Numbered from the stretch's first letter, positions 27,735-39,714 are shown. The stretch: DNA of 64,000 nucleotides from Candidatus Saccharimonadota bacterium (GCA_036826375.1 DAISWL010000002.1:107499-171498); one strand, 5' to 3'. Notes: generated by a model not told the origin, from the sequence alone. Program-made: numbers and translations.

Positions 27735-28877
27735 GTGAATGACGATCTAACCCAGCAAGCCCTAGCAATCCACAAAAAATATAAAGGCAAAATCAGCATT
27801 AAGCTTAAAGATGACGACCAGACCAAAGAAAAATTAGGCTTATATTACACCCCTGGCGTAGGCCGAGTTAGTACTTACGTGGCTGAGCATCCCGAGGAAC
27901 TCAAAAATTACAGTTGGGTTAACAACCTAGTTGCGGTGATTAGCAACGGAACCGCGGTTTTAGGCTTAGGCGATTTAGGCCCTTACGGAGCCATGCCGGT
28001 GATGGAAGGCAAAAGCATGCTCTTCAAAAAGTTTGCCGATATTGATAGCGTGCCGATTGTAATTAATTCTAAAGATCCCAAAGAAGTTATTAAAACCATC
28101 GAAGATATCGCTCCTAGTTTTGGAGCCATCAATTTAGAAGATTTCGCCGCCCCCGCCTGTTTTGAAATTGAGGAGGAACTGAAAGCTAAGCTTAATATCC
28201 CAGTTTTTCACGATGACCAACACGGAACCGCAATTGTAGTTTTAGCTGGGCTGATAAATGCCCTTAAGCTTAGTGGTAAAAAGTTAGAACAAATTAAGAT
28301 TGTAATTGTTGGAGCTGGTGCTGCTGGAGTAGCCATCGCCAAACTGCTACATCTTTATGGAGCCCGTCAGATTCTATCCGTTGATAGAACCGGAGTTATC
28401 AATCAATCCAGGCAAGGTTTAAATCAACAGAAAACTGAATTAAGCTTAATGAACGCTACATCTGGAAACTTAAGTTTAAGTGATGCCGTTGAAGATGCTG
28501 ACGTTTTTATAGGAGTTAGCGCTCCCGGAATTTTGACCACCGAAATGATCAAAAAGATGAACTCTAAACCAGTTATTTTTGCGCTGGCTAATCCCGATCC
28601 TGAGATTTTACCTAATGACGCCACAGCTGCCGGAGCTTTTATAATTGCCACCGGCCGGAGCGATTTCCCCAACCAAGTTAATAATGCCCTAGCCTTCCCT
28701 GGTATTTTTAGAGGAGCCCTAGATAACAACGTAAAAAAGATTACCGACGCTCATAAAATTGCCGCCGCTGAGGCCATCGCCAGCTTTGTGCCGGAATCTG
28801 AGCTTAATCCTGAAAAAATTATTCCGAGCATTTTTGATAGCGGCTTAATGGAGGTGGTGGCTGGAGTTATAGTATAA
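27735..28877 (+). CDS. NAD(P)-dependent malic enzyme (short form), GTG start
   Basis: YTPGV, GTAVLGLGDLGP.GAMPVMEGK, FHDDQHGTA, VGAGAAGVA, LANPDPEI. Confidence 0.9.
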   Translation: MNDDLTQQALAIHKKYKGKISIKLKDDDQTKEKLGLYYTPGVGRVSTYVAEHPEELKNYSWVNNLVAVISNGTAVLGLGDLGPYGAMPVMEGKSMLFKKFADIDSVPIVINSKDPKEVIKTIEDIAPSFGAINLEDFAAPACFEIEEELKAKLNIPVFHDDQHGTAIVVLAGLINALKLSGKKLEQIKIVIVGAGAAGVAIAKLLHLYGARQILSVDRTGVINQSRQGLNQQKTELSLMNATSGNLSLSDAVEDADVFIGVSAPGILTTEMIKKMNSKPVIFALANPDPEILPNDATAAGAFIIATGRSDFPNQVNNALAFPGIFRGALDNNVKKITDAHKIAAAEAIASFVPESELNPEKIIPSIFDSGLMEVVAGVIV

Positions 28878-28962
28878 GCTTAAATTCTATCTTCTTATTT
28901 AAACCAATAAAATAATACCTTTTAGCAAATTGTCGTTTCTACAAATTCAAAATGAAAATGAG

Positions 28963-29868
28963 TTAATATTGGCTAAATTTATAACTTACGGGTTCTAAGT
29001 GAAAGATGATGAAGCCCCCAGCGTCTAGTTGAGCTATTGGAGCTGGTCGTTTTCCATGGTCGGTGGGACGATCGATGTTTATTAGATCGAAAACTCTCTT
29101 CTTATTTTCAGGGTCAGATTCAACTTCTATACCAGCTAAAATTTCTAGAGTTGCTAGTTTCTGTCTGCTGTAAATTAAGATAGTAGCCGATTTATTATCC
29201 ATTAAATTATGAGCTTTTTGGGTATCATTTTTTGTTAAGATATAAAAAGATTTAGAGCTGTAAACATAATTCACGACAACGGAGTTTATCGTTCCATCCT
29301 TGTTTAAAGTAGATAAAACCATTAAGTCGTTGGTGGCGATGAAATCTTCTGCTGCCTTAGTTATTTTTGGCTTAGTTTTAAGAGCCTCCGCAGGGACGGT
29401 AGGATCCTTAAGCTTAACATCTTTCTGATTTTGCGGGGCAATATAAGTATCGTTTTGAGCTTTTTCTATATAGCTTTCCACAACTTCATCGAACTTTCTA
29501 GCGCATTCTGGATTAACATATTTGAGGGTGTAATCACCCTGCCGGCTGTGTAGGGATACTGTAGAAAATAGCGCTGCTGTTCTCCGCACTCCGTTAATTG
29601 AATTGTAACCTATTTCATCTGTAGAGCTGAAGAAAGGTCTTCTTTCAACATAGATGATACGCTTATCGGTAGCCACTAGCATCCCATTGCCTCTGGAAGA
29701 TCGTCCATAAACAACGCCCAATATAGACTCCTTACTATGAATTAATTCAGGCAAATATCGTGTTGACATCTTAAGCTGACCGTAAGATGTCATCCCGGCC
29801 TTAGTCAATTCTCGCTTGATTCTTAATACTTTGTTACTATCATTCTTTTTGGTAGTTAGCAAAATCAT
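28963..29868 (-). CDS. Two-domain protein: N-terminal bacterial PH domain plus C-terminal pyridoxamine-5'-phosphate-oxidase-like split barrel
   Basis: GMLVATDKRIIYVERR (PH-like). LSTLNKDGTINSVVVNYVY...ATILIY (PNPOx/general stress protein 26-like). Confidence 0.5.
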   Translation of the reverse strand: MILLTTKKNDSNKVLRIKRELTKAGMTSYGQLKMSTRYLPELIHSKESILGVVYGRSSRGNGMLVATDKRIIYVERRPFFSSTDEIGYNSINGVRRTAALFSTVSLHSRQGDYTLKYVNPECARKFDEVVESYIEKAQNDTYIAPQNQKDVKLKDPTVPAEALKTKPKITKAAEDFIATNDLMVLSTLNKDGTINSVVVNYVYSSKSFYILTKNDTQKAHNLMDNKSATILIYSRQKLATLEILAGIEVESDPENKKRVFDLINIDRPTDHGKRPAPIAQLDAGGFIIFHLEPVSYKFSQY

Positions 29869-29987
29869 AGCTCCTTTTCTTGGTTAATGATCTATTAGAA
29901 TTCTACCTCTATAGAGAAAAAGATGAAAGGGTCAAATTGGTTCTAGAAGTATAAACCCTTTAGTAATATAAGTTAGAAGAGTTAGCA

Positions 29988-30530
29988 CTAACCCTTTTTA
30001 ACTTGTAGTGCATCTAGTTCAACCGATGTCTCTCGGCCGAACATGCTAACCATAACCTTAAGCTTACCATTTTTGTCATCAACTTCAGATACAGAACCAT
30101 CGAAACCTTTGAATGGACCATCTATAATAGAAACCACTTCTCCAGGCTTGTAATCTATATTGTGTTTAGCATCTTCAGCACCCATTCGCTTCATTATATT
30201 ATCCATGTCATCCTGGCTGGCTGGAGTTGGCTCTAAACCACTGCCGACGAATCCTGTTACACCCTGAGTGTTTCTAACAACGTACCAGGCATCTTCTGTA
30301 AGCTTAAGTTGAACGAAAACATAGCCTGGAAAAATTTTTTTACTTACAGTTTTACGTTTACCGTTTTTAACCTCTATTTGCTTTTCTTTAGGAACTAAAA
30401 CTTGCAAGATCTTATCAGCCATATCTAGTGAATCTGCTCGTTGACGAATAGCCTCAGCTACTTTCTCTTCGTATCCAACATAAGTATGAATAACGTACCA
30501 TTGTTTTTCTGAATTATATTTTTTAGACAT
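29988..30530 (-). CDS. nusG: Transcription termination/antitermination factor NusG
   Basis: KQWYVIHTYVGYEEKV, IFPGYVFVQ, and the KOW motif GPFKGFDGSVSEVD. Confidence 0.95.
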   Translation of the reverse strand: MSKKYNSEKQWYVIHTYVGYEEKVAEAIRQRADSLDMADKILQVLVPKEKQIEVKNGKRKTVSKKIFPGYVFVQLKLTEDAWYVVRNTQGVTGFVGSGLEPTPASQDDMDNIMKRMGAEDAKHNIDYKPGEVVSIIDGPFKGFDGSVSEVDDKNGKLKVMVSMFGRETSVELDALQVKKG

Positions 30531-30563
30531 AAATTTTTTAGATAACCTCTCTAGATTTTAAGT

Positions 30564-30920
30564 TTAAAGTAACATTTTTTTAACTAATTCAGTGAACACC
30601 CAGTCGACACCTGTAAGTAATAGTGAAAAAAACAAAGTGAAGGTTATCACCGAAAAAGTATAATTCGTAGATAGTCTACGACTAGGCCATGTAACTTCCT
30701 TGAGCTCTGCGAAAGATTTTCTAACATAATTGCCTAGCATCTTAACGGGCTTAGGGATTGGGATCTTGAGCTTTAGGAACCCGGGCATTGGAATTTTAGG
30801 TATCTTCATGTTAAGCTTGCGTTTAACATCATTTCTATACCAATTTAATATGCCCTTAGCTTCTCCTTCTGGAGCTAAGTCAGAACCAGGTTGATTTTTG
30901 CTTTCAGGTTTTTTAGTCAT
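30564..30920 (-). CDS. secE: Preprotein translocase subunit SecE with N-terminal extension
   Basis: ELKEVTWPSRR followed by a single TM helix, located directly upstream of nusG. Confidence 0.8.
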   Translation of the reverse strand: MTKKPESKNQPGSDLAPEGEAKGILNWYRNDVKRKLNMKIPKIPMPGFLKLKIPIPKPVKMLGNYVRKSFAELKEVTWPSRRLSTNYTFSVITFTLFFSLLLTGVDWVFTELVKKMLL

Positions 30921-30951
30921 ACTCTTACTATATTTGCCCGTCCTTTAATTG

Positions 30952-30981
30952 AAAATTAAAAAAGCCTAATGTTATTAGGCC
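30952..30981 (-). terminator. Intrinsic-terminator-like hairpin on the minus strand with no obvious upstream gene
   Basis: On the minus strand: GCCTAAT-AAC-ATTAGGC followed by TTTTTTAATTTT. It lies between the secE start and the divergent GT2 gene. Confidence 0.35.
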
Positions 30982-31038
30982 TCTTTGTCAATATTATCAC
31001 TTTGCTACAGCTTTAGCAATGGTGTATTATTAACTAAT

Positions 31039-32514
31039 ATGCAGGGTGGTTATAATTTGATTAATATCTGGGTTTTCCTAGCCGCAACAACTTCGGCGTT
31101 AATTTCCCTAGCTCTAATCACGGTTTCAAAATCCATACAGGGCAAGAGTTGGTTTTACTATTTTGCATCTTCTATCTATATCCTATCTATCGTATTTTGG
31201 CTATTGCCAAAATCTAATAATTGGAGTTCATGGCTTGCCATTATCATAACTGTTGGATTAGCCTTTAACGCCCTGAGAAAAAACCTTTCTCGGTCTGATC
31301 AAGTTAGTTCAGCGGATATTACCTATAATACGCTTGTATTGCTCGTATCCCTAAGCTTAGTTATAGTGATTGAATACCAAATAGTTTACGTTACTTGGCG
31401 GATAATGTTTGATTTTCTGATAGGCATATCACTTATATTCTCAATCGTAACGCTGGCTAACACAATAACAACGCTGTCGAAATCCAGAATTAAAACCTTA
31501 CCTAAGTTTAGTAACGCTCAAACGCCAACAGTAAGTCTACTAATAGCGGCAAGGAATGAAGATCACGCACTCATGGAATGCCTTGATGCCGCTGTGAGCA
31601 GTAATTATCCGAAATTAGAGATTATAGTTCTGGATGATTGTAGCTATGACGGTACTAGTAATATTGTCAGGGAGTTTGCCAACCATGGGGTCAGATTCAT
31701 ACCGGGCAAAGAGCCCTCTGAAGAATGGGCTGGACGCAACTTTGCATTCAGTGAATTGGCAGATCAGGCCACCGGAGATTATCTAGTATTTATGGATGTT
31801 GACGTTAAGCTAAGCCCAGATACTATAAGTAGAATGATTAAGTTTAGCGAAGTTTACGGATATGAGATGGCTAGCGTCAAACCGCAGCAGCAACATCTAG
31901 ATCTACTGCCCGCCCTAATGCAGCCTTTTGGGCTACTGTGGCAAATTACCTTTAAGCAGATATTAAAAAGGCCCCCCGTAGATGTTTCTCTTTGGGGCAT
32001 AAGAAGAGAAACTCTTTTTGAAATTGGAGGATTTGAAGCTAACTCTAATTTTATATATCCAGAACTTCAGTTTGCTACCAACCTATATAGTATAGATACT
32101 TACTTTTTCGGCTTAGCCAACGCTGATGATAATGTAAGTATAAGAAAAAGGGTCAGTAGCTTGTGGGACAAATCTGAACGTAGTAACTACCCTAATATGT
32201 CGATGAATCCAGCCTACGTGGTGTTATCGGTAATATTCATCACGGCGATTATAGTGTTGCCCATACTTGGATCTTGGGACTTATGGCGTAATCAGCAGTA
32301 CCTAGTTGGTAATATCGCAAGCCTATTATCTTTAGGCCTGTGGCTATCTTCACATCTAATGCTTACAACTAGAGTTAACCCATCTGGCTGGTTTATTAGC
32401 TTATTTAACTTGCCGATAGTTGTATTTGTAGAAATATATTTGATCATATCATCCATGATTAAATACGAGTTAAACCTAATTCGCTGGAAAGGCAGACCTA
32501 TATGTTTTAAGTAG
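31039..32514 (+). CDS. Family 2 glycosyltransferase with multiple N- and C-terminal TM helices
   Basis: VSLLIAARNEDHALMECLDAAVSSNYPKLEIIVLDDCSYDGT, FMDVD. The ATG at 31039 is preferred over the TTG at 30985. Confidence 0.75.
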   Translation: MQGGYNLINIWVFLAATTSALISLALITVSKSIQGKSWFYYFASSIYILSIVFWLLPKSNNWSSWLAIIITVGLAFNALRKNLSRSDQVSSADITYNTLVLLVSLSLVIVIEYQIVYVTWRIMFDFLIGISLIFSIVTLANTITTLSKSRIKTLPKFSNAQTPTVSLLIAARNEDHALMECLDAAVSSNYPKLEIIVLDDCSYDGTSNIVREFANHGVRFIPGKEPSEEWAGRNFAFSELADQATGDYLVFMDVDVKLSPDTISRMIKFSEVYGYEMASVKPQQQHLDLLPALMQPFGLLWQITFKQILKRPPVDVSLWGIRRETLFEIGGFEANSNFIYPELQFATNLYSIDTYFFGLANADDNVSIRKRVSSLWDKSERSNYPNMSMNPAYVVLSVIFITAIIVLPILGSWDLWRNQQYLVGNIASLLSLGLWLSSHLMLTTRVNPSGWFISLFNLPIVVFVEIYLIISSMIKYELNLIRWKGRPICFK

Positions 32515-32554
32515 TTGGTAACTACTTTTAAGTGATATAATAAGCATAAACACT

Positions 32555-34195
32555 ATGGAAAATTTTGGAAATAATCAACAACAAAGAGATACTATCAGGT
32601 TCAGAGATAGAGAAGAGCAAGCTACAGCTCAGCGATCGGGCATCCTTCAGGTTGAATACTTCGACACAAGAGGCAAAACTTCTGGGCTGCCAATCATAAA
32701 AGATGTCATCGAACTTAAGCAGATGTACGCAGACAAAATGGTTCCGATGAGAGAAGATGATCATTCTATAGATTTTGCGATTACCGTACAAACACCGAAA
32801 TCAAGCCTAGACGCCATTATTAAGAAATTCACAGATAAACACATAAAGTTTGTGATGATAAGTAATTCTGGCTACGCCGAAATAATGTATCGTCATAATC
32901 CTCCAAAAAGAGTTGAGTATGAAGATATAGATATTAAAGATTATGGGGCAAGCGGAAATCTAGAGAAAGTATCGATGATACTAGAAAAAGTACGCTCCGA
33001 CGATATACTTAATTATATTATACGTCAAGCAGATTTAATTGGTGCCAGTGATATACATGTTGAGTGTGCTCGCAATTTCGTCAGAATTAGGATTAGAGTC
33101 GATGGTGCGCTACATCTCATAGCCTTGATAACTCACAGAAAGTATCGTCAACTTGCCCAATCTATAGCAGTTAGAGCGGGAATATCTACAACTTCTTATG
33201 ATGCTCAAACTGGTCATCTGAATCAGGCTTTCCCTGCTAAAAACGGGGCGACGGAACCAAGAATATTGAATATGCGTATAGAGACAGTGCCTACTCTATA
33301 CGGTCAAGATGCCGTTATTCGTCTATTTAATTTAGATGTTAATCTATTAGATCTCGACAACCTGGGTCTGGAGTATTACGAAAGAAGCCCCATAGATAAT
33401 GTTATTGCACATCCTCATGGTATGGTACTTGTTGTCGGGCCTACGGGAAGCGGCAAAACAACAACTCTTTATTCTATTTTATCTAAACTTAATTCACCTA
33501 CGAAGAAATTAATGACACTAGAAGATCCTGTTGAGTATGGTTTAGATGGGATGAGTCAAATTCCAGTGTATAGCAGAGATGGGGATAGTTTTGCCAATAA
33601 ATTAAGAGCGGTTATGAGGTTAGACCCCGATGTTATTATGGTTGGAGAGATTAGAGATGAGGATACGGCCAAAACAGCAATTCAAGCTGCCACAACCGGC
33701 CATTTAGTATTAAGCACATTCCATGCGTATTCCGCTGCTGCTGCACTGGCTAGAATGATAGATCTGATTGGGCGGAATCCTGTTTTCACTAGCTCTATTA
33801 AGCTGGTAGTGTCTCAAAGACTGGTGAGGAAGTTAGATGATGAGACTAAACAACCTTTTGCCCCAGATAATAATATAAAAGATTTCATATTAGACGAGCT
33901 GAAGACTGTACCTCAACAAATATTTAAAATACCGCCGAAAAAAGATCTAGTTCTATATAAGGCTGTTCCTAGCGATAAGAATCCTTTTGGCTTCAAAGGT
34001 AGAACAAGTATTATCGAGGAGCTTATCGTAACCCCCAAACTCCAAAATATGCTAATCAGAGATGAGAAGACCCCTACTACTGAAGAAATACAAGCTGAGG
34101 CAGTAAGCTCGGGCATGATAACCATGTACCAGGCAGGGATTATTAAGTGCATAAGAGGAGAAACCACCCTTGAAGAAATTAATTCTGCCCTATAA
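32555..34195 (+). CDS. GspE/PilB-family type IV pilus / type II secretion ATPase
   Basis: Walker A VVGPTGSGKTTTLYS, the Asp box, MVGEIRD, HLVLSTFH. Confidence 0.85.
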   Translation: MENFGNNQQQRDTIRFRDREEQATAQRSGILQVEYFDTRGKTSGLPIIKDVIELKQMYADKMVPMREDDHSIDFAITVQTPKSSLDAIIKKFTDKHIKFVMISNSGYAEIMYRHNPPKRVEYEDIDIKDYGASGNLEKVSMILEKVRSDDILNYIIRQADLIGASDIHVECARNFVRIRIRVDGALHLIALITHRKYRQLAQSIAVRAGISTTSYDAQTGHLNQAFPAKNGATEPRILNMRIETVPTLYGQDAVIRLFNLDVNLLDLDNLGLEYYERSPIDNVIAHPHGMVLVVGPTGSGKTTTLYSILSKLNSPTKKLMTLEDPVEYGLDGMSQIPVYSRDGDSFANKLRAVMRLDPDVIMVGEIRDEDTAKTAIQAATTGHLVLSTFHAYSAAAALARMIDLIGRNPVFTSSIKLVVSQRLVRKLDDETKQPFAPDNNIKDFILDELKTVPQQIFKIPPKKDLVLYKAVPSDKNPFGFKGRTSIIEELIVTPKLQNMLIRDEKTPTTEEIQAEAVSSGMITMYQAGIIKCIRGETTLEEINSAL

Positions 34196-34216
34196 AATTT
34201 AGCTACTATCAGATAA

Positions 34217-34786
34217 CTAGATTTTGTTCTCTACTGGGTTGGCTTGAGGCCGAACAGAGTGATTAAGCTGTTGCTGGGTGTCGTAAAATATTGTTGGGTA
34301 CTTGGACGGATCCTTTATGTAGGTAATATGGTAGTCAACATCCTGTCCCTCAGTAGCAAAAACCAGCGTCCCATAATTAAACAAACGCTGCAGCATTGTC
34401 TTCTGCGAAGCCTTGGCACTCTCTACTCTATTTAATGATATCCTCTGGTTCGATTTATCAAACAGCCCGCGCCGTACTATTTGGTGCACAGCCTCATTAG
34501 TTATGAACATCCTATTTTCCCAATAGATTCCCGCAGCAACGTACCCGAAAATTAAGCTTAGCAAACCCAAGAGAGCGGCCATCAAACTGATATAAGTAGC
34601 TGAAGATGCAGTCATCCCATTACCCGAAATAATATCGGGTTTCTGAACAAAATAGGCCGCTAGCAAACAAACTGCTGTCAGGAATATACTTATAAGGTAT
34701 ATACTTAGAACTCCCCAAAAAGAACGCTCAACTTCTATTATCAAGTGCTCGTCCTTTGAGATGGTGATTGGTAGGTTATTGGCCAT
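34217..34786 (-). CDS. Membrane protein with bPH2 (YdbS/YdbT-like PH) domain
   Basis: Two TM helices followed by ITNEAVHQIVRRGLFDKSNQRISLNRVE...GTLVFATEG. Confidence 0.6.
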   Translation of the reverse strand: MANNLPITISKDEHLIIEVERSFWGVLSIYLISIFLTAVCLLAAYFVQKPDIISGNGMTASSATYISLMAALLGLLSLIFGYVAAGIYWENRMFITNEAVHQIVRRGLFDKSNQRISLNRVESAKASQKTMLQRLFNYGTLVFATEGQDVDYHITYIKDPSKYPTIFYDTQQQLNHSVRPQANPVENKI

Positions 34787-34883
34787 GAAATGTATTATCA
34801 GTGTTTTCTATTTAATTAAAATATCTTATTTAAGATTGTACTACTTATCAATCTAAACTTAAATAGCTAAAACCCTAAACCTG

Positions 34884-36299
34884 TCATCCATTAATCTTTC
34901 TATAAGACCATAGGGCTATATTCAGGATGAGCATACCTGCAACTCCAATTATAATCCAGTTGTTACCACTTTTAGCTAGGGTTGGGGCTGGAGTATTAGT
35001 GTTTATTCCGCCTAAGTTATTTGTATCATTTAGGGTTGTGGATTGCGCGCTAATAGTAATAGCTACAGTTGATGTGGCCACTCCACCGTTTCCATCATCA
35101 ACTTGAACCGTGATCGTGTAGGTACCCACCGGAATGTTGGTTCGGGTTGTAGACACGTCCCCGGTGGTTGGGTTTATCGCAAAGTAATTATTACTATTGC
35201 CGGAGATTATGGAATAAGAGAGGGGATCATTGTCTGGATCGGAGGCCGAAAAAGCGGAGCTAGGCACCACGATGGTACCAGCTGGGCTGGTGTCAGGAAT
35301 TGAGGCAGAAGCAGGGGTAATGGTTGGATTTTGGTTGGGCGGAGCGGGGTAAGAGAACTTTTGGATGCGGTTACTCCCAACATCCGTTACATAGACATTG
35401 TCGGTGGAATCTATGGCGATGCTCCCAGGGGCTTGGAACTGACCGTTGCCTGTTCCGGGTGTCCCCCACTGATTTAGATAGTTACCGCTGGAATCGAACT
35501 TTTGGATACGGTTGTTCCCAGGGTCTGTAACATAGACATTATCGGTGGAATCTATGGCGATACCGTAAGGCCCATGGAAAAACTGACCGTTGCCTGTTCC
35601 GGGTGTACCCCACTGATTTAGATAGTTACCGCTGGAATCAAACTTTTGGATACGGTTATTGGTAATATCCGTTACATAGACATTGTCGGTGGAATCTATG
35701 GCGATACCGTAAGACCCATTTAAAAACTCCCATTGCAGTATATAGTTACCGTTGGTATCGAACTTTTGGATACGGTTGTTCTCGGAATCACTAACGTAGA
35801 CGTTATCGCTAAAATCTATAGCGACACCTACAACGCCATGAAACTGACCGTTGCCGCTCCCCAGGGTCCCCCATTGCAGTATATAGTTACCGTTGGTATC
35901 GAACTTTTGGATACGGCTATTCTGACTATCCGCTACATAGACATTGTCAGCGGAGTCTATGGCGATACCGTAGGGCAGATTAAACTGACCGTTGCCGCTC
36001 CCAAATGTTCCCCATTGGAATATATAATTACCGTTAGCATCGAACTTTTGGATACGGTTGTTGGTAATATCTATTACATAGACATTGTCAGCGGAGTCTA
36101 TGGCGATACCGTAGGGCAGATTAAACTGACCGTTGCCGCTCCCAAATGTTCCCCATTGCAAATTGTAACTCGGGATGTCAGCAGGCGCCGGAGCAGCATG
36201 AACAGGCGCAAAGGACAGAGGGAATAAGGCTAGGCTTAAAGCTGAGACTATTACTACACTAGATATTAAGCTTAAGCACTTATTTATTATTGTCTTCAT
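34884..36299 (-). CDS. Secreted NHL-repeat beta-propeller protein with cadherin-like domain and C-terminal sorting-signal-like anchor
   Basis: Signal peptide. Six to seven units of GSGNGQF..PYGIAIDS.DNVYV.D..NNRIQKFD. Then ASDPDNDPLSYSI...TYTITVQVDDGNGG (cadherin-like). The end reads LAKSG plus a hydrophobic helix plus RK. Confidence 0.8.
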   Translation of the reverse strand: MKTIINKCLSLISSVVIVSALSLALFPLSFAPVHAAPAPADIPSYNLQWGTFGSGNGQFNLPYGIAIDSADNVYVIDITNNRIQKFDANGNYIFQWGTFGSGNGQFNLPYGIAIDSADNVYVADSQNSRIQKFDTNGNYILQWGTLGSGNGQFHGVVGVAIDFSDNVYVSDSENNRIQKFDTNGNYILQWEFLNGSYGIAIDSTDNVYVTDITNNRIQKFDSSGNYLNQWGTPGTGNGQFFHGPYGIAIDSTDNVYVTDPGNNRIQKFDSSGNYLNQWGTPGTGNGQFQAPGSIAIDSTDNVYVTDVGSNRIQKFSYPAPPNQNPTITPASASIPDTSPAGTIVVPSSAFSASDPDNDPLSYSIISGNSNNYFAINPTTGDVSTTRTNIPVGTYTITVQVDDGNGGVATSTVAITISAQSTTLNDTNNLGGINTNTPAPTLAKSGNNWIIIGVAGMLILNIALWSYRKING

Positions 36300-36665
36300 T
36301 TATATTGGTTTTTCCTTTGTTTATTGGTTTTGATACGTTCAAGGTGTTTTTTATGTTTGAAGAGCTGCGCCATCAAAAAAAAATGGCGACCGCTCCAAAA
36401 GTCACAACTCAATTAACAGAAGTTAATTACTGCAACATTTATCTTAGTAACTCTTTTTGGTTGTTTTAATTTCATGGGTCCAAAAGCCTCCAATTACTAA
36501 ATTTTAGTTTTAAATTAATTAATTTTTTGGTGGCAACAAACTCTTTAACCTAATAATTATTGTTAAGAATAAGTAACCTTTTTATTTTTCCCTTTTCACT
36601 TATCGTGAGTTTAGCATAAGCACTTTTAATAATGCAAATCTTTTTAAGTTTTAGCTCTACTAAGT

Positions 36666-38723
<2,058 letters not shown>

Positions 38724-38765
38724 CTATTTTAAGTTTAACATGAAGATTTAAGTTATAATAAGTTT

Positions 38766-39686
38766 ATGCTCAATTATTACTACGCTAGTTTAAGAAAAGA
38801 AACCGCAGTTAAGCTTAATAAATTTAAGCAAGGATGTTGGGTGGATATAAAACATCCTACTGATCAAGAAAGGAAGGATCTAGAAAAATTAAACTTAGAT
38901 AGCAATTTATTGGAAGATGCTTTTGATATTCACGAAGTTCCCAGAGTTGAAATCAGTAATGGGAAATCTTATTTTTTCACCAGGCTGCCAACTCAAGCCG
39001 TTTCAAGCGATGACCTCCCCACCTTTCCATTACTAGTTGTATTAGATGATTTCGCAATCTACACTGTATCTAAGCATGATCTTTCTAAGCTCTGGAAACC
39101 ATTATTGGAAGATAGCTCAGTGGCCACAACCCAAAGAACTAAGTTATTTATTTTAATAGTTGATCAAATTACAAAAGATTACCGAGATCATCTAAACTTA
39201 ATTAATAAAAAAGTTAGAATGATCAGTAGCGGAATTCACAATGTAAACAAGAAGAAAGTTATGGAGCTAATTGAGTATGAACGCCGTTTAAACGATTACC
39301 TAGATTCTATCTCACCAACAAATGATGCCCTTGAAAACATGCTAGATGGCAGAGGAATTAAACTTTATGAGGATGATAAAGAGATTTTAGAAGATTTAAG
39401 CTTAAGTTTTGAGCAGCTGATTGTACGTTGCCGCAGTATGATTAAGGCTATTACCAATATTCGTGATAGTTATAGAATAATACTAGATTCACGCTTGAAC
39501 GATACCATTAAACTTTTAACGGTGATTACGGTTTCCATGACCATACCAACCATGATAGCCGGTATTTACGGAATGAACATCCAGTTGCCCGGCGACCCTA
39601 ACCACCCAGCCTATTTCTGGATTCTACTCTTTGGTTCATTTGCACTAAGCTTAAGCTTTGGTTTATATTTTTATAAAAGAAAATAA
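38766..39686 (+). CDS. corA: CorA-family magnesium/cobalt transporter
   Basis: YGMN motif (GIYGMNIQLP) followed by the last TM helix. Confidence 0.85.
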   Translation: MLNYYYASLRKETAVKLNKFKQGCWVDIKHPTDQERKDLEKLNLDSNLLEDAFDIHEVPRVEISNGKSYFFTRLPTQAVSSDDLPTFPLLVVLDDFAIYTVSKHDLSKLWKPLLEDSSVATTQRTKLFILIVDQITKDYRDHLNLINKKVRMISSGIHNVNKKKVMELIEYERRLNDYLDSISPTNDALENMLDGRGIKLYEDDKEILEDLSLSFEQLIVRCRSMIKAITNIRDSYRIILDSRLNDTIKLLTVITVSMTIPTMIAGIYGMNIQLPGDPNHPAYFWILLFGSFALSLSFGLYFYKRK

Positions 39687-39714
39687 CATTGAACCAGTTT
39701 AAATCTAATGAAGA

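Noticed and set aside
36413-36475. A 20-codon minus-strand ORF (MKLKQPKRVTKINVAVINFC) with GGAGG upstream, in the 366-bp spacer ahead of the NHL gene.
   Set aside because: It is too short to support from sequence alone. It could be a leader peptide, but there is no conservation evidence.
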